A stretch of DNA of 64,000 nucleotides from Myxococcota bacterium (lineage in GTDB: Bacteria > Myxococcota_A > Polyangia > JAAYKL01): NCBI GenBank assembly GCA_028278265.1, contig JANQET010000490.1:461-64460 (forward strand), in the 5' to 3' direction. Below are positions 26,999-36,355 of this stretch, piece by piece. Positions within the stretch are counted from its first letter, which is position 1; every line of letters begins with the position of its first letter. The position numbers were made by a program, and so were the translations under genes. The notes under the pieces are model-generated. The model saw nothing but the letters and a program-made list of their open reading frames with translations, did no database searches and was not told the origin of the DNA.

Positions 26999-29900
26999 AT
27001 GATGCAACAGCGTATTTGGAATCTATGTAGCTCGGTTCTTGCAATCGGCCTGGCCCTTGCGGTCGCCCAGTCAGCCGATGCGGCGACGAAAAAGAGGGCC
27101 GCCCAGTCCGATATCGGTGTTTGTATTGACCCGGCGATCGAACAGAAACTGACGACCTGCCCCGGCGGCTTCAAGATGGGTAAGTTCAGCAGAACGCCCA
27201 AAGCCAAAGTGGGAACCTCCACCAAGGAGCGCAAGGCACCGAAGAAGATCGAGGTCGGTCCCGGAATCGGGCGGGGATTTGCCGCCCGGGTGATGGAATC
27301 GGCGTTCAGAAAGAAACGCGAAAAGAAAAAGATCGATATTCTCAAAAAAGAGATCACGCTGATTCGGCGGCTGCTCTCTACCACGGCCAACGACGATCCC
27401 GAAAAAGCGGAAATCCTCAGGCGGTTGGCCATCGCCTACAGTGAGTTCTACGGGCAGCTCAACTACATGGCCCGGGATATGGACGAGAAGATCTTCAAGG
27501 CCAAAAAGAAGAAAAACACCAAGCGGGCCGCCAAGCTGAGAGCACAGCAGAAGATCCTCGATAAAAAGGCGCGGGAAAACCGGGAGTTGTCGATTAAGGC
27601 GTTCGTCGAGATTCGCAACAACTTTCCGGATTACCCGGAGTACGATCTGATTCTCTTTTCCATCGCATATGAAATTGATCAGATTGCCAACGAGATCCAG
27701 GACAAGAAAAAGAGCGCCGCATATCGTGAACGGGCGCGGATCTTCTATCAGGAACTGATTCGCAATTACCCGCGGTCGCGCTACATTCCCTACGCCTGGA
27801 TGGCGTTCGGCGAATTCTATTTCCACACCGCCAAAGAGGTGGACCGGGCGATGCGCTCCTATGCCAAGGTCGTGGAGTGGGGTTCCAAGAACAACCCAAA
27901 CTACGTCGTGGCGATGTACTACCAGGCGTGGTGTCTGTTCAATATGCAGGAGTTCAAACGGACGCTCAATCAATTTAACAAGGTGATTCAGTACGCGGAA
28001 AGCCATCCTTCCGACAAGGACGCCAAGGCCCTGGCCAAACGGTCCCGGTTGGAGATGGTCAGCCCTTACTCCAAGATCGGTAACCCCTCCCAAGCGTGGG
28101 AGTTCTTCCAACGGGTCGGCGGCGACCTCGCTCACCAGATGCTGGTCCGGCTGGCTGATCTGTATTACGGCGACGGCCATTGGGCCGACACCGTCATCGT
28201 ACTCAAAAAGCTCCAGGAGCTGGAGATCGCCAACTACTTGAACAACAACAGCGACGACCTGTGTCACTACCAAGCGATGATCACCAACGCGGTGATCAGC
28301 TCCCGTCCCAAGCCCGAGCAGCTGACCGAGCTCAAACGTCAATTGGCCCTATACAAGCGGTTTGCCAAAGACAAACACGACAAGGTCAAAAAGAAAAAGT
28401 GCGCCGAGGAGACCATCGCCCTGGCCTGGGATCAGGCGACCCACTGGCACGTGGAGACCAAGGGCACCGACTCCTCACCGGGAACCAAGGACAAGAAGGT
28501 GATGGGGCTGACCACCCAGTTGTACGAAGCCATCTTGGACAGCTTTCCCAAAATCGACAGCATCAATATCGAAGGGTATGACAAGAACTCCAAACCCACC
28601 CGCTACCGCGTCGCTTTCTACATGGCGGAGCTCTTCTGGGAGATGGAGGACTGGGACAACTGCGGCAAGGCGTTCGACAAAGTGGTCGATATGAACCCCT
28701 CCGGTGAGTACACTGCTGATGCAGCCAACGCCGCTGTGCTCTGCTACAACAAGGTCTACACGGCCAAGCGCGGTAATGATCAGACGCGGAAGCACAAAAT
28801 CGAGGCAGATGTCACCGGTGACAAGAAGTGCGGCAAGGCCTGCAAGAAGTGCAAGAAGAAGTGCAAGGGCAAGAACAAGGCGGACTGCCTCAGCAAGTGC
28901 GAAGAGGGACAGCAGAAAGTGATCCAGGCGCGGGCCCTCACCGAGCTCGAGAAAGGGATGCTCGAGTCTTATGAACGGTTCCTCTGCTACGTGACCCAGC
29001 ATGAAGATTTGGTGACGATTAAGTATCGTCGGGCCCGGCTCTACTACGAAGCCAATATGATCGCAGAAGCGGCGGTTCTATTCAAAGATATTTTCACCAA
29101 TCACGCCGATGACGAGGCGTTGGGCGTGATCGCGGCGAACCTCTACATCGACTGCCTCAATATCTTGGGCAGCCAGATGGGGGAACGGCGACCCGGGTGT
29201 TACGAGGATCTGGGCAAGGCGGTCGATCTGACTCTCGACACCAGCAAGGCGCCCGGTAAATTCCTCATGCGCGACGAGGAGTTCGCCAATCAGCAGAAGA
29301 AACTAAAGGCCGAGGTGCTGCGGCTCAAGGCCGAGGCGTTGACCGACTCCAAACAGTTCATGCTCGCTGCTGAGACCTATCTCCAGATCTATCGGGAGTT
29401 CAATGAAGTCTATAATGATCGGGGCATGTGCGAGGTGATGTTCAACACGGCCATCGCCCTCGAGGCCGCGCGTCTTTTGGGACCGACGATTAAGGTTCGC
29501 CGCAAGATGATCGAGCGGTTTCCCAATTGCGAGCATTCCAAGCGCGCCGCGCTGTACATCGGGCAGAACTACCACGCGATGCAGATGTTCGAATCCGCCG
29601 CGGAAAATTACGTGACGTTTGCCAAAAAATATACCGGTGAAAAGGAGGCACCAGAGGCGCTGGCCAATGCGGCCGTCTTCTACATCGGGCTCGGGGAGTA
29701 TGACAAGGCGTGGAACGTCGTCAAATCCTATGAAAAGTCCTATAAAAAGCGCAGACCACAAGATGCGGCCAAGGTCTACTTCAGCGCTGGATACATCTAT
29801 AAAAATCAGGCGGATGAAAATGACGACGATAAGATGCGGGAGAAGGTGCGCAAGCACTACACCTCCTATCTAAAATCGTATGGTCGGGTGAAGGCGCTGC

Positions 29901-30874
29901 ACGAGCAGGTACTGGCCCATGTGCTGGTCGGCGATACCTATCGCGAAGCCAAGAAGAAGCCGGACCACGGCAAGGCGCTCAAGAGTTACAAAAAAGCGTT
30001 GAGCATTTTCGATAACAAAGCGATGGACAAAGTGGCCAACAATGTGGACAAGGCCAAGATGCTGAACGCCGCGGCCAAGGCCCGGTTCTACGTCGCCGAG
30101 CAGAAGTTCAGAGAGTTTCGCGATATCAAGTTCCCGGACTTCAAGCCCGAGAAAAAAGTGCCGGGTAAAATCGAAAAGTGGCACAAGAAGAAGACCCCCA
30201 AAGAAGAGCTCAAGAAGATGGAGGAGTGGCGCAAGAACCGCCGCCGTCTGGCCCGTTGGGGATACTACGACGAGAGTATGTCTCGGCGAGAGCAGATCAA
30301 AGAGGTCAAGAAGATAGAGAAGCAAGAGATTTCCAAGGTGCAGTTCGAGTACTGGCTCGAGCACAATTTCGTGCCCTGGATGGAAAAGAAGGCCAAGGTG
30401 CTCCAGGCGGCCACCGCGCTGTTCAGCAAAGTCGCGGAGATGCACGTCCCCGAGTGGGAGATGGCCGCAGCCGCGCGTTCGGGTGACATGCAGTACGAGT
30501 TCATGCAGGCTCTCTATGATGCCCCGATCGATCCCTCGATGAAAGACGATCAGGAGCTGGTGGACATCTATCTCAGGGCGATGGACGAAAAGGCCAAGCC
30601 CTATCGGGACGGGGCCATCGGCGGTTATGAATACTGCCTCAACATCTCCACGAAAGTGCGCTGGTTCAACTCGAACTCGATTCGCTGCGAGGCAATGCTG
30701 AACAAATTGGATCCGCGCAAATACCCGATTTCCGACGAAATTCGTATTAAACCGGTCAACAAGCTCGCCCGCTGGGCCGTGCCGGACGCGGTGTTGGAGC
30801 TGGAAACCATCGAGATGAAACGCGAAAAAGCACTGGCCCAATCGGCTGATGACATTTCCGCTGCTGAGAAATAA
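26999..30874 (+). CDS. gltD: Gliding-motility TPR protein GltD (AgmU)
   Basis: 1291-aa exported TPR protein; YPRSRYIPYAWMAFGEFYF, YEYCLNISTKVRWFN; lies between gltC and gltE. Confidence 0.8.
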   Translation: MMQQRIWNLCSSVLAIGLALAVAQSADAATKKRAAQSDIGVCIDPAIEQKLTTCPGGFKMGKFSRTPKAKVGTSTKERKAPKKIEVGPGIGRGFAARVMESAFRKKREKKKIDILKKEITLIRRLLSTTANDDPEKAEILRRLAIAYSEFYGQLNYMARDMDEKIFKAKKKKNTKRAAKLRAQQKILDKKARENRELSIKAFVEIRNNFPDYPEYDLILFSIAYEIDQIANEIQDKKKSAAYRERARIFYQELIRNYPRSRYIPYAWMAFGEFYFHTAKEVDRAMRSYAKVVEWGSKNNPNYVVAMYYQAWCLFNMQEFKRTLNQFNKVIQYAESHPSDKDAKALAKRSRLEMVSPYSKIGNPSQAWEFFQRVGGDLAHQMLVRLADLYYGDGHWADTVIVLKKLQELEIANYLNNNSDDLCHYQAMITNAVISSRPKPEQLTELKRQLALYKRFAKDKHDKVKKKKCAEETIALAWDQATHWHVETKGTDSSPGTKDKKVMGLTTQLYEAILDSFPKIDSINIEGYDKNSKPTRYRVAFYMAELFWEMEDWDNCGKAFDKVVDMNPSGEYTADAANAAVLCYNKVYTAKRGNDQTRKHKIEADVTGDKKCGKACKKCKKKCKGKNKADCLSKCEEGQQKVIQARALTELEKGMLESYERFLCYVTQHEDLVTIKYRRARLYYEANMIAEAAVLFKDIFTNHADDEALGVIAANLYIDCLNILGSQMGERRPGCYEDLGKAVDLTLDTSKAPGKFLMRDEEFANQQKKLKAEVLRLKAEALTDSKQFMLAAETYLQIYREFNEVYNDRGMCEVMFNTAIALEAARLLGPTIKVRRKMIERFPNCEHSKRAALYIGQNYHAMQMFESAAENYVTFAKKYTGEKEAPEALANAAVFYIGLGEYDKAWNVVKSYEKSYKKRRPQDAAKVYFSAGYIYKNQADENDDDKMREKVRKHYTSYLKSYGRVKALHEQVLAHVLVGDTYREAKKKPDHGKALKSYKKALSIFDNKAMDKVANNVDKAKMLNAAAKARFYVAEQKFREFRDIKFPDFKPEKKVPGKIEKWHKKKTPKEELKKMEEWRKNRRRLARWGYYDESMSRREQIKEVKKIEKQEISKVQFEYWLEHNFVPWMEKKAKVLQAATALFSKVAEMHVPEWEMAAAARSGDMQYEFMQALYDAPIDPSMKDDQELVDIYLRAMDEKAKPYRDGAIGGYEYCLNISTKVRWFNSNSIRCEAMLNKLDPRKYPISDEIRIKPVNKLARWAVPDAVLELETIEMKREKALAQSADDISAAEK

Positions 30875-30881
30875 GGAGGCG

Positions 30882-32402
30882 ATGATGAAGTTCAGATCTC
30901 AAGTTGTTGCGGTTTCAATTCTCGCTTGTCTGATTTGCGTGGTCATCGGTTGCGGTGGTGCCCCGGGGAGCGGTTTGCGAGGGGGGGTGCCGGATGTCAA
31001 AAAGGTCAGCGTGACCAAGGACGGTCGGGTGATCAGCAAACAAACCCGCAATGCATTCGCCGCCGCTACCTCGACCTACGAGGCCGCTGAGAAATCCGGC
31101 TGGTCCAGCCAAGCCTGCGACAAAGCCATCGACGCGTTCAAGGACGTCGCCGAAGAGTACGACGACATGCTCGAGGCGCACTACAACATCGGTGTGATCT
31201 TTCGCAATTGCGGCAAGGACAAAGAGGCCCGGGCAACCTTCACCCAAATCGTAAAGGCCTATCCCAAAGACCAACGGTCATTGACCCATTTGGCGGTCTA
31301 CGCCTTGGAGGACGGCAACACCAGCCGGGCGGAAGAGTATTTGAAACGGGCCGTAGCCGTGGGGATGAACCGGCAGGAGGTCGTGCCGGCATTGGTCAAT
31401 GTGGCGATCATTCTCGGACGTCGCGCAGAGGGCGGAGACGATCCGTCGTTCGACAAAGCGGTGCTCAACCTTCGCCGGGCCCTGGCCGTGGATGCGAACT
31501 TTATCGAAGCGCTGTACCAACTGGCCTTGCTTTACTTTAACCGCTCGGTTCAGAAAAACAGGACCTCCTTCTTGGACCTGGCCACGTTGGTGTGCAATCA
31601 GGCGATTAAACTGAACCCGGAATACGGCCCCATCTACCACCTGCTCGGCCGAATTCAGCTGCGCCAACAAAAGCTCGTCGATGCGTTGCAGTCGTTCCAA
31701 ACCGCTTTCCAGAAAGACTCGACGCTTTTTGAGTCGTATATGAACTACGCCGCGATTAACCTGAATTTCCGCGGGTACGAATCGGCCAAGATGGCGTTTG
31801 AGAAGGCGATCGCCCTCAATCCCAAGAACTACGACTCCCATATCGGGCTCGGCGTGGCCCTCCGTGGATTGGGAGACTACAAGGGGGCACGCGCGGAGTA
31901 TCAGAAGGCCGCGGCAATCGATCCCAAACGAACCGATTACATTTTCAATATCGGTCTTCTGGAGATGGATTACGAGAATGACGGCACTCCCGCCGGCTAT
32001 CGTAAAGCGAAGAAAGTCTTTCAGAAGTTTATCAAGAAGGCTCGGTCGGAACACAAAGTGGATCCGGACGGCAAAGGGCCGGAGCTGTCCTGGGTCGGTC
32101 ACGCCAAAAAGCGGATCAAGTCCTGCGAAAAAGCGATCGAGCAGATCAAGATCGCTGAAAAGGAAATGGCCGAAATGGAGCGTTTGGCTGCGGAGCAGGC
32201 CAAGCGTGAGGCCGAAATGGCCGAAATGATGAAAAAGGCCAAAGAGCTGGAGCAAAAAGAGGCTTCGGGTCAATCCGCGCCGGAAGAGGGTGCCGCACCC
32301 GAGGCACCGGCTGAAGCCGCCCCCGCTGAGAAACCGGCAGACGACGAAAAAGCTGGTGACAAAAAATCTGGCGACGACAAGAAGGCGGACAAAAAGAAAT
32401 AA
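30882..32402 (+). CDS. gltE: Gliding-motility TPR lipoprotein GltE (AglT)
   Basis: Lipobox VIGC, many TPRs, Lys/Glu/Ala-rich tail; SD AAGGAGG. Confidence 0.78.
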   Translation: MMKFRSQVVAVSILACLICVVIGCGGAPGSGLRGGVPDVKKVSVTKDGRVISKQTRNAFAAATSTYEAAEKSGWSSQACDKAIDAFKDVAEEYDDMLEAHYNIGVIFRNCGKDKEARATFTQIVKAYPKDQRSLTHLAVYALEDGNTSRAEEYLKRAVAVGMNRQEVVPALVNVAIILGRRAEGGDDPSFDKAVLNLRRALAVDANFIEALYQLALLYFNRSVQKNRTSFLDLATLVCNQAIKLNPEYGPIYHLLGRIQLRQQKLVDALQSFQTAFQKDSTLFESYMNYAAINLNFRGYESAKMAFEKAIALNPKNYDSHIGLGVALRGLGDYKGARAEYQKAAAIDPKRTDYIFNIGLLEMDYENDGTPAGYRKAKKVFQKFIKKARSEHKVDPDGKGPELSWVGHAKKRIKSCEKAIEQIKIAEKEMAEMERLAAEQAKREAEMAEMMKKAKELEQKEASGQSAPEEGAAPEAPAEAAPAEKPADDEKAGDKKSGDDKKADKKK

Positions 32403-32661
32403 TTTCAGCTTGTTGCGACCCAATCTGACGGTGGGGGTTTTTTTTCGCGACAGTTGGAACTTGTCTATTGAAAATTTGTCTAGAGTTTATGAGTGAATTT
32501 TTATAAACTAGTTGCGGCGACACATAAGAGCATCCGCGATTGATGCAGTTACCAGGCGGAAAATTGTAGAACAGGTCGCTTCACATAAATAGAAAAATAG
32601 TGTTTACATTATATAGGGCGACTTTTGAAAAGTGAGCAAAAAGCGGTCTAGGAGAGCTTCA

Positions 32662-32907
32662 ATGAAACGCGTAATCAGCATTTGTATCGGAGGAATCTTG
32701 GTTTTATGCATCGGCATCGCTTCGGCACAAGAGACGAAGTACGCCGAGAAGACCGAGTACACATTCGACGATGACGTCGTCACCGGTGATTTGGTTCGGC
32801 CGGATGGAGAACTGATCGTCAAGCGGAAAAAGGGAAAAGAGCGAAGTCTGATTCGGGTCCGCAAGCACTTTGTTCCGGAAATGCTCAAGTCGGTAGAGGA
32901 TCTCTAA
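32662..32907 (+). CDS. gltF: Gliding-motility protein GltF (CglF)
   Basis: Signal peptide; KTEYTFDDDVVTGDLVRPDGE..SLIRVRKHFVPEMLKSVEDL. Confidence 0.85.
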   Translation: MKRVISICIGGILVLCIGIASAQETKYAEKTEYTFDDDVVTGDLVRPDGELIVKRKKGKERSLIRVRKHFVPEMLKSVEDL

Positions 32908-32974
32908 AAAACAGTCGGTTTGGGCGGACGAGCATAGCGCTCGACGAAACCGGCATGTAACACGAGGAAGAGTT

Positions 32975-34972
32975 ATGGGTGCACTGGCAATTACCTTTCA
33001 GGTGTTAAAAAACGGCGAGCTACAGCGCGAAGAGACGCTCGCTCAGGACATCATCAAGATCGGCAAGATGGCTTCCAGCCATCTGCAGATCGATGATGAC
33101 AGCGTTTCGAGAATGCACGCAGTGATCGAGGTCAACGGGCCCAATGATATCTACATCATTGACCTGGGAAGTGCGTCAGGGACGGTGGTCAACGGCAAGA
33201 AGGTCAACAAGGCGCAGCTCAACAGTGGTGACGTGGTGTTCTTGGGTGACACCGAAATTCGCCTCACTTTCGCCGGTGCACCGGAGGCGGACGCCGTCGG
33301 GGCGATGTACGCCGAAGCGCAAGCGGCACCCGAGGCCGCGGCGCCACCAGCGCAACCACCGGTGATGCCCCCCGCAGCACCCGAGATTGCCGCCCCGCCC
33401 CAAGCGGCGGCTCCCCAGGCGCCACCGATGCCGCAGGCCGGCGTTCCGGTGAGCTCCCCGATGGCCGCGCCCGCTCCTCAGATGGCGCCCCCGATCTCAC
33501 AGGCACCTCCCGCGGCGGGACCGGCAGCCGGGTTTGTCGACCTGAATGCCATCGAAGACGTGTCCAAGCAGGCCATCGAAGTGGTCGTGATGTGGAACGG
33601 GTCGGTGCTTCAGGTCACCCACTACAAGCCGGATGAGAAGAAACCGGAAAATTACTACGTCGGTGAGGATCCCAGCTGCAATTTCCCCATTCCGGCAGAG
33701 AGTCTCAATGGTCAGACCAAGATTCCCCTCGTGGTCAATCAGTTGGGCGGAGCTGCCAGCTGTACGTTGCTACCCGGCGCTCAGGGAGACATCACCTACG
33801 AGGACGGAAACCGGGAATCTCTGGCCGATCTGGTCAGCAGCGGTCGGGCCCAGGGAAGTCCGGAAGGGGGCTACAGCCTCAACGTACCGGCTCGGGCGCG
33901 AATCAAAATGGACCTGGGTCCCTGGACGTTTTTGATCAATTCAGTCCCCAGCCCCAAGAAGTTTGTCGCTCCGTTGGAGTTTGACTGGACCCAGCAGATT
34001 TACTTCGGTCTCTCGCTGGCCTTGCACACCATCTTCCTCTTTTTAATCTATTTCATTCCACCGAGTCCCGAGGGCTTGTCCCTCGACCTGCTCGACTCGA
34101 ACAACCGCTTCATCAAGTACATGCTGCAGCCCCCCGAGGTGCTCCAGGACGAGGTGGAGTGGCTGCAAAAAGACAAGAAGGATGATGAGCAGGGTGGTAA
34201 AGGTAAGCGCCACAAGGGCGAAGAAGGCCAGATGGGTAAGCGGGACTCCAAAAAGACCGATAACCATTATGGTATCAAGGGTCCCAAGGACAACCCGGAT
34301 CCCCACATGGCCAGGTCCATGCAGAAGGAGATGGCCAAAACGTCCGGTATTTTGAGTTATCTCTCGGCGGCCAATGCTCCCACCTCCCCCTTTGGCCGGG
34401 ACACGGCTCTGGGGGTCGACCCGGAGAACGCGCTCGGTGCTCTGATGGGCAATCAGGTGGGCGAAAACTTCGGTTACGGCGGCCTCGGTCTACGGGGTAC
34501 GGGTCGCGGTGGTGGCGGTACGGGTGAAGGCACCATCGGTTTGGGCAATCTGAACACGATTGGCCACGGTGGCGGCGGTGGTTCCGGCTCGGGCTATGGT
34601 CGCGGTGCAGGCGGTCTCGGCGGCCGGCGAGGTCGGGCTCCTCGAATTCGCTCCGGCGCGGCGATGGTGCGTGGTTCGCTTTCCAAAGAGGTGATTCGGC
34701 GTATTGTGCACCGGCACATCAATGAGGTTAAATTCTGCTACGAGCGTCAATTGGCCAAACGTCCCGATCTCGCGGGTCGTGTTTCGGTTAAATTCATCAT
34801 CTCCGGTACGGGCGCGGTGCAGATGGCGGCGGTGGCCAATTCGACCGTCGGCGATCCGATGGTGGAGAACTGCATTGTCCAGGCGGTGCGACGATGGACC
34901 TTCCCCCAACCCGAAGGCGGGGGTATCGTCATCGTGACCTATCCGTTCATGCTCACGGCACCGGAAGGGTAA
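32975..34972 (+). CDS. gltG: Gliding-motility protein GltG (FHA, TM, Gly-rich, TonB-C)
   Basis: FHA IIKIGKMASSHLQIDD..VSRMHA..DLGSASGT; TM; GEEGQMGK; GSLSKEVIRR..WTFPQPEGGGIVIVTYPF. Confidence 0.88.
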   Translation: MGALAITFQVLKNGELQREETLAQDIIKIGKMASSHLQIDDDSVSRMHAVIEVNGPNDIYIIDLGSASGTVVNGKKVNKAQLNSGDVVFLGDTEIRLTFAGAPEADAVGAMYAEAQAAPEAAAPPAQPPVMPPAAPEIAAPPQAAAPQAPPMPQAGVPVSSPMAAPAPQMAPPISQAPPAAGPAAGFVDLNAIEDVSKQAIEVVVMWNGSVLQVTHYKPDEKKPENYYVGEDPSCNFPIPAESLNGQTKIPLVVNQLGGAASCTLLPGAQGDITYEDGNRESLADLVSSGRAQGSPEGGYSLNVPARARIKMDLGPWTFLINSVPSPKKFVAPLEFDWTQQIYFGLSLALHTIFLFLIYFIPPSPEGLSLDLLDSNNRFIKYMLQPPEVLQDEVEWLQKDKKDDEQGGKGKRHKGEEGQMGKRDSKKTDNHYGIKGPKDNPDPHMARSMQKEMAKTSGILSYLSAANAPTSPFGRDTALGVDPENALGALMGNQVGENFGYGGLGLRGTGRGGGGTGEGTIGLGNLNTIGHGGGGGSGSGYGRGAGGLGGRRGRAPRIRSGAAMVRGSLSKEVIRRIVHRHINEVKFCYERQLAKRPDLAGRVSVKFIISGTGAVQMAAVANSTVGDPMVENCIVQAVRRWTFPQPEGGGIVIVTYPFMLTAPEG

Positions 34973-35059
34973 TCGTAGCCCCCAACCCCGTCCCAGTGAT
35001 TCCCTCACATCATCACCCAAAAATCTTAAGTCTCTTTGATCATCAATGACTTATGCGCC

Positions 35060-35087
35060 TTGACACCGGTGCCCGCCTTGCTAGAGT
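35060..35087 (+). promoter_or_regulatory. Putative sigma70 promoter of hisS, 8 nt before the ATG
   Basis: TTGACA-N16-TAGAGT with extended -10 TG; no SD. Confidence 0.55.
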
Positions 35088-35095
35088 GGCGAGCC

Positions 35096-36355
35096 ATGAA
35101 AGCGCTGCGAAGTGTTAAAGGAATGCACGATATCTTCCCCGACGAGATGCCCCGGTGGCATTTTGTCGAGCAGACTTACCGCGAACTCGTCGAGCGCTAC
35201 GGTTATGGCGAGATCAGAACACCGATCCTTGAACCGCTCGAGCTGTTCGTCCGCAGTATCGGCGAGGCCACCGATATTGTCGAAAAAGAGATGTACGCAT
35301 TCGAGGACAAGGGCGGCGCACAGCTGGGGGTACGACCCGAAGGCACCGCCTCGGTGATCAGGGCCTACATTCAACACAACCTGCAGGCCAGGCAACCCAT
35401 CTCCAAGATGTACTACCTGGGGCCGATGTTTCGCCGCGAGCGGCCGGCCAAGGGGCGGTATCGACAGTTCTATCAGGCCGGTGCCGAATTGGTCGGGATC
35501 AAGTCTCCGGCTGCGGACGCGGAATTGATCGATATGGTCGTGCAGTTCGTCAAGCGTTTGGGCATCGAGCAAATCAACGTCCAGTTGAACACGTTGGGCG
35601 ATCGGCAAACCCGGCCGCGATTCCGTGCGGCGCTGGTGGACTACTTCACCCAGTTCGAGAAGGAGCTGTGCCCGGACTGCGTTCGCCGGCTTCGCGTCAA
35701 CCCGCTGCGCATTTTGGACTGTAAAGTGAAGACCTGCAAAGCGATCGCCGCCGACGCTCCGGTCGTTCTGGATCATCTGAGCGAGGAGGCCCGAACCGAC
35801 TTCGAGCAGCTGCAGTCGATCTTGGACCGGTCGCAGACCTCTTTCACTGTTGTACCGACCATGGTGCGTGGGCTGGACTACTACACCAGCACGATATTTG
35901 AAATCGAGGTCAACAGCGATGCCCTCGGTGCTCAGGCGTCCATTGTCGGCGGCGGGCGCTATGATGATCTCGTCGAGCAGTTGGGTGGACGGTCCACGCC
36001 GGCGATCGGGTACTCCTTCGGAATAGAGCGCTTGATTGCGGTGTTAGGCTCTAGTGCATCGATCGAACCCAGGCCGGTGTACTACGTCGCGGCCGTGGGG
36101 GACAGCGGTTTCGAACGAGCGAGCGATCTGACCCGGGAGCTGAGAAACAAGGGATTCCACGTAGAAGTGGCCTACCAGGCGGGAAGCCTGAAATCTCAGC
36201 TCAAGCGCGCCAATCGATTGGCGGCCGACGCGGTGATTATCGCCGGCGACGACGAGGCTGCCCGTGGCGCGGTCACCCTGCGGGACATGAAAACCGGAGA
36301 GCAACAAGAGGTACCCTTGGCCGAACTGGAGCAAAGAATCGAGGCCCGCAAGTGA
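35096..36355 (+). CDS. hisS: Histidine--tRNA ligase
   Basis: VKGMHDIFP, RPEGTA, FRRERPAKGRYRQFYQ, RGLDYY, GGGRYDDL, FGIERL. Confidence 0.97.
   Translation: MKALRSVKGMHDIFPDEMPRWHFVEQTYRELVERYGYGEIRTPILEPLELFVRSIGEATDIVEKEMYAFEDKGGAQLGVRPEGTASVIRAYIQHNLQARQPISKMYYLGPMFRRERPAKGRYRQFYQAGAELVGIKSPAADAELIDMVVQFVKRLGIEQINVQLNTLGDRQTRPRFRAALVDYFTQFEKELCPDCVRRLRVNPLRILDCKVKTCKAIAADAPVVLDHLSEEARTDFEQLQSILDRSQTSFTVVPTMVRGLDYYTSTIFEIEVNSDALGAQASIVGGGRYDDLVEQLGGRSTPAIGYSFGIERLIAVLGSSASIEPRPVYYVAAVGDSGFERASDLTRELRNKGFHVEVAYQAGSLKSQLKRANRLAADAVIIAGDDEAARGAVTLRDMKTGEQQEVPLAELEQRIEARK

Noticed and set aside
28830-28853. CGKACKKC matches the radical-SAM CX3CX2C motif
   Set aside because: Lies in an exported TPR protein with no TIM barrel; probably coincidental, kept only as a Cys-rich insertion
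34480-34640. GGT/GGC low-complexity tract
   Set aside because: Normal Gly-rich segment of GltG
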